A stretch of 64,000 nucleotides of DNA from Schmidtea polychroa (lineage: Eukaryota), in assembly GCA_044892525.1 (NCBI GenBank), contig CM097885.1:28956001-29020000 (forward strand), in the 5' to 3' direction. The position numbers were made by a program, and so were the translations under genes. This document shows, piece by piece, positions 12,551 to 23,152 of the stretch; within the stretch, counting starts at the first letter, position 1, and each line of letters starts with the position of its first letter. The notes under the pieces are model-generated. The model searched no databases and was not told where the DNA came from. It worked only from the letters and a program-made list of their open reading frames with translations.

Positions 12551-14716
12551 TACGGTGCTGTTTCTATCGGCTTTTCGTTCGGATTTCTACTTGGATACAG
12601 ACATTTATCGTTCCCTTCATCGTTGTCATCGCTATCGCTGCTGTTGGATCGATTTCTGAATTTATCCAGAAATTTCGGTTTGTTCTTCTTTAATTGGGTT
12701 CTTGTGGCTTCATCATACATTACTTTCCGGAATCGTCTACCAACTTCTTCGTCAGTCCCTTTTATTTTTGTTAGTATTTTAATTAATCGTTTTATTCTAT
12801 GGATGTCTTTTGAGTGACCGTGCAATACCATGGTTTTTGCCAAGAATGGTAGGAATCCTACTATCATTTTCCAATTCACTTTCTTTTCTCGCTTGTATAT
12901 ATCAAAACAAGCTAACATTTGTGTTAGTATTACTCTGACAATTTGGATTATGAGTATGATTCCCAATATTCCGGCCATCATTTGTCCGAAAACCAAGAAT
13001 CTTCCCCACATCGCTTTCATCATATTTGATGTTGCTTGTTGAAAATGGTCTGGAGATAATAGTAGCTCGTAATTTGGACCTGATTGATAATTTGTTCCCC
13101 CAGTTATCGTTACCATATTTGACAGAATAGATTCTCGTCTGGCTGGGAAGAGTACGTTAAGTCGTGCTGTTTCTAGATCTTCTGGGCAATACATACCTCC
13201 GTTTGATACGTCAATGGGTTTGAAGACTTGTTCCGTGGCGAGTTCTATTAATCCAAATTTCTTGGGCTCCTCTGTTATGGATTTTACCGGTAACATTATC
13301 CATTTCCCATCGGGTCTTTCATACAATGGTCCGTACGCATTAGAACAGTTAAATAGATTTGGGTAGAAGCCTACTGGGTTCATAATTCTGGTGACTGGTT
13401 GGACGAATCGATTTTGTCCTTTATAACGAATCTCTAATTCATTTGCACATTTCTTTTCTGGTAGCGTGGATTTTTCTGGCATTCGTGCATACCTCTTGGT
13501 ACATTGGTATATGTACATCACTTCTCCCACCATTCTACCAAAATGTCCATCAGGTAAAGGGAGTGATGGCATCGTATTATCTGGGTGTGTTATCGCGATA
13601 GCTAGTTTCGTTTTTAATATCTCTTTATTTAACGAACAATCGTCGTTTTGTATCAGGTCGTAATAGACTTTTTGCAAGGTCGTTTGTCCGCGGTGAAATA
13701 GAAAGTCCATTTTGTTATTGGCGTATAGGTATAACTTGACGTCCTCGGTGGCTATCTTTCCCACTGCTCTATCGATTATTTGTCTCGACATATAGATACC
13801 AGCGTAGTTGGTTTTATATACTATACTATCGCATTTGGTGGTTTCTTTCTCTTTGATGAATCTCATACCTAGGTCAGGATCGTCTGTGATTAGTGCCATT
13901 GGTGTTTTCTGCGTTGAGAGTCTTTTTTTCTCTGGGCGATGGTGGCACTGGTTTTCCATTTCGCATTCGCACTCTTCCATTTCCCTCCTTGTCATCTTCG
14001 TTCTCATAGATTTCTCCTTTTACCTCATTGAACAAAGCACTTTTTAACAGTTGGAGTCGGCATTTTTGGGTATTAGCTTCATATATGATGGTCGATACTC
14101 CTGTTCTACATACGTTTTCCGTAGCTCTACAAGCTGGGTTGGTTTTCATTTGGTAATTATTGGCGTCAAATTGCGCTTCGTATTCTTTTAATTCGACCGT
14201 ATAGGACTCGATCACTACTACTCCCGATATCACCTCGCCTCGAATCGTATAGGTACCTCCGTTGCATGATCCATCTGATGATTTTACTTTTCCGGACACA
14301 TAAACACTTTCAGTTTTGATCATTCCGGTTTGTCCGTGTATCGTTACTCCGTTATGCATTTTCATCGCTCCTGTTCTAAAGAGCTCTTTACAGTCCTCTC
14401 TTTGTATTTGCACGATTTCTTTATCTAATCCGGGTAGTATGAGAGTCGAATACGAATATTGTCCGCAATAATATGCGAGTACCTTCTTCGATACTACGCA
14501 TTCCCTTGCTTGTGTTCTGATGAAATCTGATTCTTGATATACATGGTAGGTAACTTTGGTGTTCACTATGTCCAATTTGTTGGGTGACGCCTGTCTGCAT
14601 TCTTCTATATCTCTCAATGAGTATTTATCTCTCATTACCATATTATCGCAATCGTAAATCGTGAAACTTGTTGCCCCACTTGTACATAACATCCATATCA
14701 TCATAGTCATCATTAA
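12388..14716 (-). pseudogene. env: Envelope glycoprotein, chuvirus-G-like, split by a frameshift near 13900
   Basis: Signal-like LMMTMMIWMLCTSGATS, then FTIYDC..YSLRDIEEC..YQESDF..ECVV..YYCGQYSYS. C-terminal half GEVMYIYQC..CANEL..FVQPVTRI..CS. TM segment WGRFLVFGQMMAGILGIILIIQIV. Confidence 0.75.
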
Positions 14717-14839
14717 TGAGTTGATCGACGCTTTCCTGCTGGCTGGATCTTTCATTGGTAATTCCCATTCTAGTTCATTCAATAGTTTTTTCAATCGAAC
14801 TTGCATTGATCTTTCCTGCTCGTTTTTTCGTGGCGCTTG

Positions 14840-15226
14840 TATTAATCTTTTCCATCCTCCGGCACGGATAATATGTGGTTCGATTGTATTTTCTATGATT
14901 GTAACTGTCATTTCTACATGATTTGCGAATTGTTTGTTAGGTATTTTCCTCGCTGCTAATCCCATCAGATTGTACATTAAATACGTTAGCACTACTAGAT
15001 GATGTTCGTCGTCGTTTTCTTTTAAGGTTAATTGTTCGATCACCCTTCTGGTCTCTTCCCAATCTGTCTTAGTGGTCTTGGTTTTCTCTTTTATTAATTT
15101 CGGAATTATTCCGGATATTATATTCCACAGTTGTCTGGCTTCTGCACTTGCTACCTTTCGTTGCCATAATCGTCTCAATTGCGGGTTGGTTATTATTAGC
15201 ATATCTTTTACTAACTCTCGTATCCA
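14840..15226 (-). CDS. Putative Bcl-2-like helical domain within the polyprotein
   Basis: BH2-like IEPHIIRAGGWKRLI preceded by a BH1-positioned hydrophobic helix (RRVIEQL...HLVVLTYLMYNL). The NWGR motif is not conserved. Confidence 0.5.
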
Positions 15227-15301
15227 CCTTTCACCTCTTTCGATGGTTGGTTGGGCTTCTTTTAGATTCCACACTATTTTATCCAGTTTCTCCAATCTGA
15301 T

Positions 15302-17204
15302 TTATCCTTGTTCTTGTTTTAGTTGTTCTCTGGTTTTAAATTCTGGTTTCTCTCCTTGTTTCTTGGGTCTTCCTTTTGCCCGTTTTTCCATCATTGTTCC
15401 AGCTTCTCTTGTCATTTCGTAACTCGGGTTTCTCTCATTATCTGTTCTTTGTAATGAGCTATCGTTATTTCTCAACCATTCATTCCATTCATCTATTATT
15501 TTATCGGTTTGACCTTCTGGTGTTATTCTGGTTGGTTCATTTTGTTTCCTGAATTGGTCATCCGTTTCGGTTTCCGTAGTATTGTCGATGATTTCTTCGA
15601 TGTTTAGTTTTGTTGGTGGTTGGTAACTTGTTGATGGTTGGTTGTTAGTCCATATTTCTGCCCCTGTCGGCCGTCTTACTAGAATTGGTGATCTTTCTCC
15701 AGCTTCTTCGTCGCTGTCTTCTAGTATGATCTCCTCGATTTCCTTGGTTTCGTTCGATTTACTTGGCCCTTTGTCAGGACTTGGTCTACTCAGGCTACCT
15801 TTCGCGGGTCTGCTGGATTTGGTTTTCCTTTTGATGGGTTTTCCTAATGTTTCTGCCATTGTCAATACATTGATTTCCCCCAATCTCATGGGTGTTATTC
15901 CGACATCCGCATTATCATCTAGTGATTTTCCTCGTAGTTGTAAATGGAATGGCGTTTCGTATGCTAATTTCTTTTTTAATTCTCTGATTTTTGTTGTTGG
16001 ATGCACTTCTATTTCCTCGATGCTTTTGTCGGGGTATTTGATTCGGATATGATACCTTTTGGTTTCTCCATTTTCTAATAATTTGTTCTAGCTGTTCTGG
16101 ATACCATTCATTATACTGTCGGTATTCCTCTATCGCTTTCGCCATTTCTCTCAGATTGTGGATATTCTCCGATGTCTTTAGAATGATGTTAGCCAATGCT
16201 ACCACTTGTCGTTTTTGGTTTTTTGCTCCCATTGCTAAGATATCATTTAATTGTTTATATCTTTCTTTCTCTTCCCGTTCTCTCGCTTCTATTGCTTCTT
16301 CGCCGTCCATATCGGCATATTCACGTTCCTTTTTTCTCATTGCATGAATATGTCTAGTTTCTGTTTCGCTTTCAGACGTGACATCTGTTTCACTTTCGTC
16401 ATCTGATATTGGTTCTATTTCGTCTTCTTCGTATTTCGGAGGTTCATCTTCCTCTTCTTCTGACTCACTTTCTATCTCACCGATGTCTGTTTCTACGAAA
16501 ACTCCTTTCCTGATTTCCCATTCTTTATTTTTCGCATTCCACATCCTTTCCCACGGGGTTCGTCTGCAAGATCTAGTACTCAGTTTCTTTATTTTCCCTT
16601 GTAGTTCTTTTTCGTTTAGCCATTGTTGATGCATTTCAATTATCTCTACTGATTTTTGGTATAACGTCTTCATCCTATCTCGTATCTCTTTCTGGTAAGT
16701 TACATCCCTTGTTCGGAATTCGTCCATGGGCAATATTCTAATTATTTGATGATTATCCCATATTCCCATTTCGCTTAACGAGGTGTCGTCTTCAGCCCGT
16801 AATATTATTTTATCGTACATCATAACCGCATCATCTATCATGCCATCGCTACTCTCGCTTCGTACTTTTTCCGTTATCTCTTGGTTTATTTTTGATACCA
16901 AGTCATCCACTGTACTCTGGTTGCTCATTTTCATTCGTCGTTTTTCTTCGTTCGGTAACCATAGGGTTATTTCTAATTTCTGTGGTTGTGCTTCTTTTAA
17001 CCTTCCATATTTGTGAATCAAATTGATGGTTCTCCAATCACTCATCCTGAGCAATTCAGTATCGCGTAATCGACTCATTAGTTCATGCATCGCTGAGGCT
17101 CGTCTTGCTATGAGTAAATCCCAGTTATCCTCGACTTGTTCTTGGATTTGTTTGATTAATTTATCTAAATTTCGTCGTAAAGTGCATTGTTTTAGTTGTT
17201 CCAA
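15302..17204 (-). pseudogene. Polyprotein segment with two ubiquitin-like domains and acidic/low-complexity linkers (frameshift near 16080)
   Basis: Ubl at 16731-16979 (STVDDLVSKI..YDKIIL..DDTSLSEMGI) and at 15857-16054 (YHIRIKYPDKSIEEIEVHPTTKIRELKKKL..LQLRGKSLDD). In frame with gag upstream and with the Bcl-2/env ORF downstream, across stop codons. Confidence 0.65.
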
Positions 17205-17270
17205 TTTCAGCTTGATATTAAAATCGTATTCAGCCTTGGCGTCCTTAGCCCATTCCTAAATGTTAGCGGG

Positions 17271-19760
17271 TTATTTTTCTTTATGCAACTTAAATATTTG
17301 GGTTTCTCCTGGCCAAATTAGTGCGTCAATTAGGTGCATATCTGGTCGGATTTGTTCTCCTTGATATTGATATAGATACTCTTTCTTCCTCGAACTACCT
17401 AAATGTTCCCTGATCCAATCGAAAAGCTCATCGGTAACTGCATTTTTTATCCATATTCTCAGGAGTCCTTTGCTCGTCCCGATTTTTATTACATAGCGTG
17501 TCGTATCTGCTTGTTTCATTTTTTCCATATACTTCTTTATTATCGTTTTTTCCTCGCTTGGAATTAGATCTTTCTCGTCTCTTTCTAGTTTCATTATCTT
17601 TTGTATGAAGCGTCTATATGGTATAATGTCAATTAATTCCTGGTTTCTTACTACCACTGGAAGTATTTCTTTTACTTGTTTTATCGCTTCTTCTCTTTCT
17701 TTTCTCAATTTTATCTCGATATTCTCATCTTCACTTTCACTTGTTACATCGCTTTCGCTCTCACTTTCGTGCTCTTCTGCCCCAATCTTTTCTCTCAGTT
17801 GTTCGATATTTTCATTTAACTGGAATATTTCTCCACCAAGGCTACTTACATAATCCTCCTCGTCATCTGTTGACAATACCTTTTTTGTCGTCCTCATCAT
17901 ATTAATTCGTAAATTTCTCATTCTTGGTACTCTCTTTAACCTTTTATTCTCGAATATCGTTAGCTCTTCTGAGTCTAATTCTTGTATCATATCATGATTT
18001 AGATGATTAATCTGTTTCTCATTTTCGTTATTTCCCGCTTCCGCTTCTGTTTTGATTTTCTCGTGTTCCCTTTCGATTTTATCTTTTATCTTTTTCCAGA
18101 ATATTTTCTGAATTCTCTGATTTCCCTTTAGCGGAGTTCTTGGATTTTCCTTTTTAGCTTCTGTAATCGTTTCTTTCGGTTTCTCCGGTTCGATCAATGG
18201 GGCTACTCGTGGATTTTTACCGTAGTTATAACAATATTGCTCTTTTATCTCTTTTACCATTCTCATCATATTTATTCGTAACGGTTGTTCCTGTCGCTGC
18301 TGAATTCGCTCTCTTTTTATTCTCTCTTCTTCGGCTTGTAATCTCTGCCATTCTTGTGCATGTTGTTGTACTTCATAACTATTGAGATTTTCAGTGCTTC
18401 TCATCATACGGATATTCTGAGTTTGTTGTGGTACTTGTTCTTGTCTTGGTCTCATCATTTGTTGCATCATCTGTTTCATTTGTGAAATCTCTTGCATTAC
18501 ATTCATTTGTTTTCCTTCACTGGGGTTACTTTGTCGTTGCGGATTTGGTGCATAATTATTATTTCGCTGTGGTGGTCGTTGTTGTTGGCTCCTCTCTCGG
18601 CATTCTCTTGAGATATGACCTGGTTGACCACAGTTATAACATGCTCTTGCTTGACATATGTTCTCCGTATGTCCTCGTCGTCCGCATCGGTTACAACTTG
18701 CATTTCTATAGCAATCTCTATCCCAATGCCCTAGTTTTCCGCATGTTCGACATTGTTTATTTTCGTTCATATTTCTCCTGTTATTGGAGTTATTTCCGTT
18801 GGTCATATTGTTACGCTCGCTACTATTTCCACTAGGTCGTCCTTGTGGTGGTTTGAAAATTTGGTGTGCTCCTGGTATAAACTGATTCATCTTTGGTTCA
18901 TGATTATTATGATCGTTATTCTCGGCTTTCACCGTTGCTGTCGCGATTCTTCCCTCTTCTTGCATGACATTCATTTGTGCTGGGAGGTGAAGTTCGCATT
19001 TCGTGGCCCAATCTATAGCCTCTTCCATTGTTTTGCACATTTGACATCCCACCGAGGCCCGTACCTCTTCTCGGCGTAGTCCTTCTACGAAATAACCAAT
19101 TAGGTTTTCCTCCGGTAAGTTTCCGTTCATGGCCTTCTTGGCCAGTCTTCGCAATTCACTTGCATATAACGTTATTGATTCGTTTGTTCTTTGTTTTCTA
19201 CTTGCCAGTTCGTTTAGCGCTTGATTAATTGGTTTGCTGGCTCCGAAAGTTTTCCGCAAAAATGTTTTAATACTTTCCCAATTATTCAATGTCGCATTTC
19301 TTTCTTTTTCTTCTAGGTACACTTCGAGTGCGCTATCGCACAAAAACAAAGGCATTCGTTTACTGATTGCTTCCTCTGACCATCCGCACACCGTTGTGTA
19401 AACTTCAAAGTTGGTTATAAACGCTGCTAATTTATTCGCATTCCCATTGAAGGGTTCGCCTCTGAATTTCTCCTTATACTCTTCTGGTTTGCTAACATTC
19501 GTCATGATCGGTTCTTGAAGTTCTACGATTTCTTTTAAATTATCTAACGATGTGGCTAAACTATGGGTGGATAGTTCTTCGGTTGATGCTGTTAGACTGT
19601 TCGTTATATCGTTTATGCTTTCTCTGCTTCTAGATCGACTTGGGGTAACTCGGGTTGTTGGGCTTTCTTTGTCGTCTATTGGTATTCTGGTGGTTTCGTT
19701 AGGTCCTTGTGATAATCCTCTTTTATGGCGATTTGGTCTTGTTCTTTTGATGCTTTGCAA
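17271..19760 (-). CDS. gag: Gag (capsid domain, three CCHC zinc knuckles) with C-terminal extension including a Ubl-like domain
   Basis: PFNG..FITNFE..W..LFLCDSAL capsid-like region; CRTCGKLGHWDRDC, CNRCGRRGHTENIC, CYNCGQPGHISREC. The frame stays open upstream to about 19865, so the true start is uncertain. Confidence 0.9.
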   Translation of the reverse strand: MQSIKRTRPNRHKRGLSQGPNETTRIPIDDKESPTTRVTPSRSRSRESINDITNSLTASTEELSTHSLATSLDNLKEIVELQEPIMTNVSKPEEYKEKFRGEPFNGNANKLAAFITNFEVYTTVCGWSEEAISKRMPLFLCDSALEVYLEEKERNATLNNWESIKTFLRKTFGASKPINQALNELASRKQRTNESITLYASELRRLAKKAMNGNLPEENLIGYFVEGLRREEVRASVGCQMCKTMEEAIDWATKCELHLPAQMNVMQEEGRIATATVKAENNDHNNHEPKMNQFIPGAHQIFKPPQGRPSGNSSERNNMTNGNNSNNRRNMNENKQCRTCGKLGHWDRDCYRNASCNRCGRRGHTENICQARACYNCGQPGHISRECRERSQQQRPPQRNNNYAPNPQRQSNPSEGKQMNVMQEISQMKQMMQQMMRPRQEQVPQQTQNIRMMRSTENLNSYEVQQHAQEWQRLQAEEERIKRERIQQRQEQPLRINMMRMVKEIKEQYCYNYGKNPRVAPLIEPEKPKETITEAKKENPRTPLKGNQRIQKIFWKKIKDKIEREHEKIKTEAEAGNNENEKQINHLNHDMIQELDSEELTIFENKRLKRVPRMRNLRINMMRTTKKVLSTDDEEDYVSSLGGEIFQLNENIEQLREKIGAEEHESESESDVTSESEDENIEIKLRKEREEAIKQVKEILPVVVRNQELIDIIPYRRFIQKIMKLERDEKDLIPSEEKTIIKKYMEKMKQADTTRYVIKIGTSKGLLRIWIKNAVTDELFDWIREHLGSSRKKEYLYQYQGEQIRPDMHLIDALIWPGETQIFKLHKEK

Positions 19761-20827
19761 TTGTTCTACTGAAAATAATGTATCGTATTGATTACTTGAG
19801 GATCTGAGCGTTCTTTGATTTGCCGTGATTTCTACCTGTAGTCCCTTTATCTCTCTTAGTTTCCTTTACTGGGTCGGGTTCCGAATTAGATGTCTTCGGT
19901 ACTCGGTATAGTCTCTTCAAAGAATATTCCACGTAGTTTTCCGGCGGATTTCCTGAGGAGATATCTGAGTCCTTGATTGGCTTCTGCTAGTACGTCGATG
20001 CTAAGTATTTCGATGATTCCGTCGTAGATGAAAACGTCGTCGTTGTCCTCCGTGTTGAATGGGTTGGTTTTCTTTTGCGCGGGTTCTGAATTGACGTCCA
20101 CTGGATTGTTAGTCTATCTTTTCCAAATTCATTCTGAACTGGTTCTGAATTGACTTGGTGGAATTGATATCTACAATGAAAAAATGATATCGTGTTGCAT
20201 TTGCTTACACGAATCAATCATTCCTTTTTTCCACATTCAAGCACAAACACCGTTTTAGGGCCTCTGTTATGCTTCTCTTCCTTTCCCCGTATAATCTTCG
20301 TGGAATATAATTACCCATCAACCCATAATTTTCGTCGATTTTAAATTATCTATTTGGGGTAGTAACAATTATCTATATGGTCGTATAAATAATCCATAAT
20401 TATCATTTATAATATCGATAAGTCGTTGTCGGTTACTGCTTATTACCCCCCATATTTTCTTAATCCTTTCACGCGGTTCCGCTATTTTACTTAATCTTTC
20501 GTCTCTGTTTCCCTTACTCGGTTCTACTCTGGAACCGAAAACAAAATTCGTTTATCTGGTTTAAACCCAAAAAAAAATTCTGTAGGACTTTGTCTACTTA
20601 CCTGGGATCCCCTTTAATTAATTATTTTCCTCCTTTACTCATTATTTATTCACGTTTATTCTTTATTTTCATTATCTCCTTAATCCATTTTCCTTTTCTA
20701 TTTCTACTTTTTTACTAAAAGAATTTTATTATTTCTTCACGAGCTCGTTTAATCCTCTCTATATTCGAATTCCCGTATCTAAATTCAATTCGTTCTAGCT
20801 AGCTTTATTATTCTATTCTATTATTCG

Positions 20828-21014
20828 CTTAACGTGATTTCATGGTAGGCATAATGCCTTCTCACTAGTGGCAATAATTGCTATCTCACTATTAGCTTAA
20901 CGCTATTTTTTGGTAGGCATAATGCCTTCTCACTAGTAGCAATAATTGCTATCTCACTATTAGCTTAACGCTATTTTTTGGTATGCATAATGCCTTCTCA
21001 CTATCTCACTATTA
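20828..21014. repeat. 68 bp tandem repeat x ~3 with internal palindromes in the retroelement leader
   Basis: Units start at 20828, 20895 and 20963; the first two contain AGGCATAATGCCT and RGCAATAATTGCT, the third is shortened. Confidence 0.9.
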
Positions 21015-21745
21015 TTCTAGACCTTTACGACTGGCTGGCTTTTTCAACAGCTCAATCTTCATTATTCTGACCGACTGGACCTTTCACAACTCGGCTTTAA
21101 TATCCCTGACCGGCTGAACTCTTCCGCAGCACGGCCCTAATATCTCTTACTATGCATGCTTTCACTTCCTGCTTTTCTTTTATTCTAATTCTCATTTTTC
21201 CCATTTTTATTTTTTAATTTGTCGACTTACTCTTTACCGCTTGAGAATGTTTTTCCCCTTTCCCCCTTGCTCAAAACGCAAAACGATCGCATTGGTCCAT
21301 TTCTACATTGGTATGGTGATCAGCCATACCGCAGAAACTTTCCAATATTCGCGATGGTACCTCGCCTTACATCTCTTACTCGGGGTGATCGGTTCTCCCT
21401 TCCCCAACGGTTTTACAAAAATCGTACCTCCCGAAGGTGGCTCGGTTTATTCCCCCCTTTAACCCTATATTGGGACTAATTCCACTTTATATAATCAATT
21501 TAACTTTTAAAAATACCTTTTCTTCATGGTGAAATTATAATAACACACATCGAATTATAACTTCGCATAATGAAATGAATACACAAAAAAAAACAAAAAA
21601 TGATTTATTGATCATTCAGTTCCTATTACATATAATAAATAATATCATCGTAAAACATTACAAAATTAAATCGAAATCAAAATATCAAAATGTTTAGTCT
21701 CATTGTTAATCATCCAATTTCCTTCACCGAGCGACGATCGCGTGC

Positions 21746-22225
21746 CTAACTGAAATAGATCGTGTGCTTCTCTTTTATTACACAGGTACACATAGAACAA
21801 CGGATTAGACTGGCGGCGCATTCGTCACAATGGCTAAGGTGCCCACAAGGTAGAATCAGAATTTTGGCAGGTCGCGTCTTGCAAATGTTGCACGTTCTCA
21901 AGGCCGCTGCTTTCTCTATGATCAAGACTCGTATTCTCTTAGACAGAGTTTTTACTTGTTCGCGTATTTTCACATATTCGATGTTCAAAGCGGGGTCGTC
22001 GAGTCGTTGTTGCATCCATTGGTAGTGGATAGATAAGTCAGTGTCGTTATTTGTTGATCCTAATCTGTCTGTTAAAAAGTTTTGCTTGGATATGAGTGGT
22101 GCGTTGTGGCGTTGTTGTTCTAGGGTCTCTATTTGTTGCAATTTCTTTCTTAACGTCTTTAGTGAGTCGATTTCGATGTCGACGAACCGGCTTAATCGTT
22201 GTAGATGTTGTCGGGCTTCTGACAT
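21746..22225 (-). CDS. Coiled-coil plus C-terminal IAP-type RING finger protein
   Basis: CNICKTRPAKILILPCGHLSHCDECAASLIRCSMC...IYFS at the extreme C-terminus; intact ATG-to-stop ORF; no BIR domain seen. Confidence 0.85.
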   Translation of the reverse strand: MSEARQHLQRLSRFVDIEIDSLKTLRKKLQQIETLEQQRHNAPLISKQNFLTDRLGSTNNDTDLSIHYQWMQQRLDDPALNIEYVKIREQVKTLSKRIRVLIIEKAAALRTCNICKTRPAKILILPCGHLSHCDECAASLIRCSMCTCVIKEKHTIYFS

Positions 22226-22637
22226 ATCTCAAGAAATGTGTTGTCATTACTCGGTTTCACTTATAAAAATAAAATAATATTATTGTGTTGTAATCGATAT
22301 TTGTTTGGTTTTAATTCGTGATTGTTTCTAGTTTATGTATTTTATTCAATCTCTAACAATTCCCCCTTTTTTTTTAATTTAATAAATTAAGATTAAACAA
22401 AATTAGCCAATTCCCGTTTTCTTCTCTCATCATGCTCAATCATATTCATTCATACCCATTTAGATTCATTTTATTCGCATCGTACTTTATTTCGAACTTG
22501 AGCAATCCGTATAATCATTCCATTGCAGTATAATATCGAATTACTTTGTTTCGGTCCCGTTTCTGTGTCGTTATCGTCATTAATTGTTAATCTAACGCAT
22601 TATAATACAATAATAGGTAATTACACAAATCAAATTC

Positions 22638-22655
22638 ATCCCGGCTGAGCCCCCA
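22638..22655 (-). promoter_or_regulatory. Primer binding site, tRNA-Pro-like
   Basis: TGGGGGCTCAGCCGGGAT matches the canonical tRNA-Pro PBS TGGGGGCTCGTCCGGGAT at 16 of 18 nt and lies 7 nt inside the LTR end CCAACA. Confidence 0.85.
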
Positions 22656-23152
22656 AAAATCATGTTGGCATATGTGGGGAAAGAAAATGTGCACACACAA
22701 TTTCCCTACCTATCAAACGTCAGTATTCTGCTCAGACCATTCCCTCACACATTCCATATGATTATTCATATATTCCCACGTATGAGCCCGTGGTGATGTT
22801 CCACGTTGGTGATGCTCACACGGGTCGACAAAGGTTAGCAGGTGAGCCCCTGCCTTAGGACTACTCCTAACCCCTGCTCGGTTCGGGTCCTACGGTGCCT
22901 TAGAAGGTCTTACCCTTGTTACTCATATAATTCAGTCCAACCTCGGTCCAAAGGGGACGACATTTGAGTTCAAATCATATCTCCAAAATCACTTTCCTAT
23001 TTAAATCAATCAACGCAATTCACACATACAACTAACATACTCAAAGAAACCGAACAGTTGTATTGAAACAAACAATAACGAAAAACATTTAAAGGGATAT
23101 TCACTATTAACTGAATAACAACCAAACATTGAAAATCATACGCCAGACAATG

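Noticed and set aside
5893..19791. Many plus-strand ORFs opposite gag/env/pol
   Set aside because: Antisense shadows of purine-rich coding sequence; no recognisable motifs.
21716..21730. 15 bp inverted match to about 25483-25497
   Set aside because: Single short match with no extension; may be chance.
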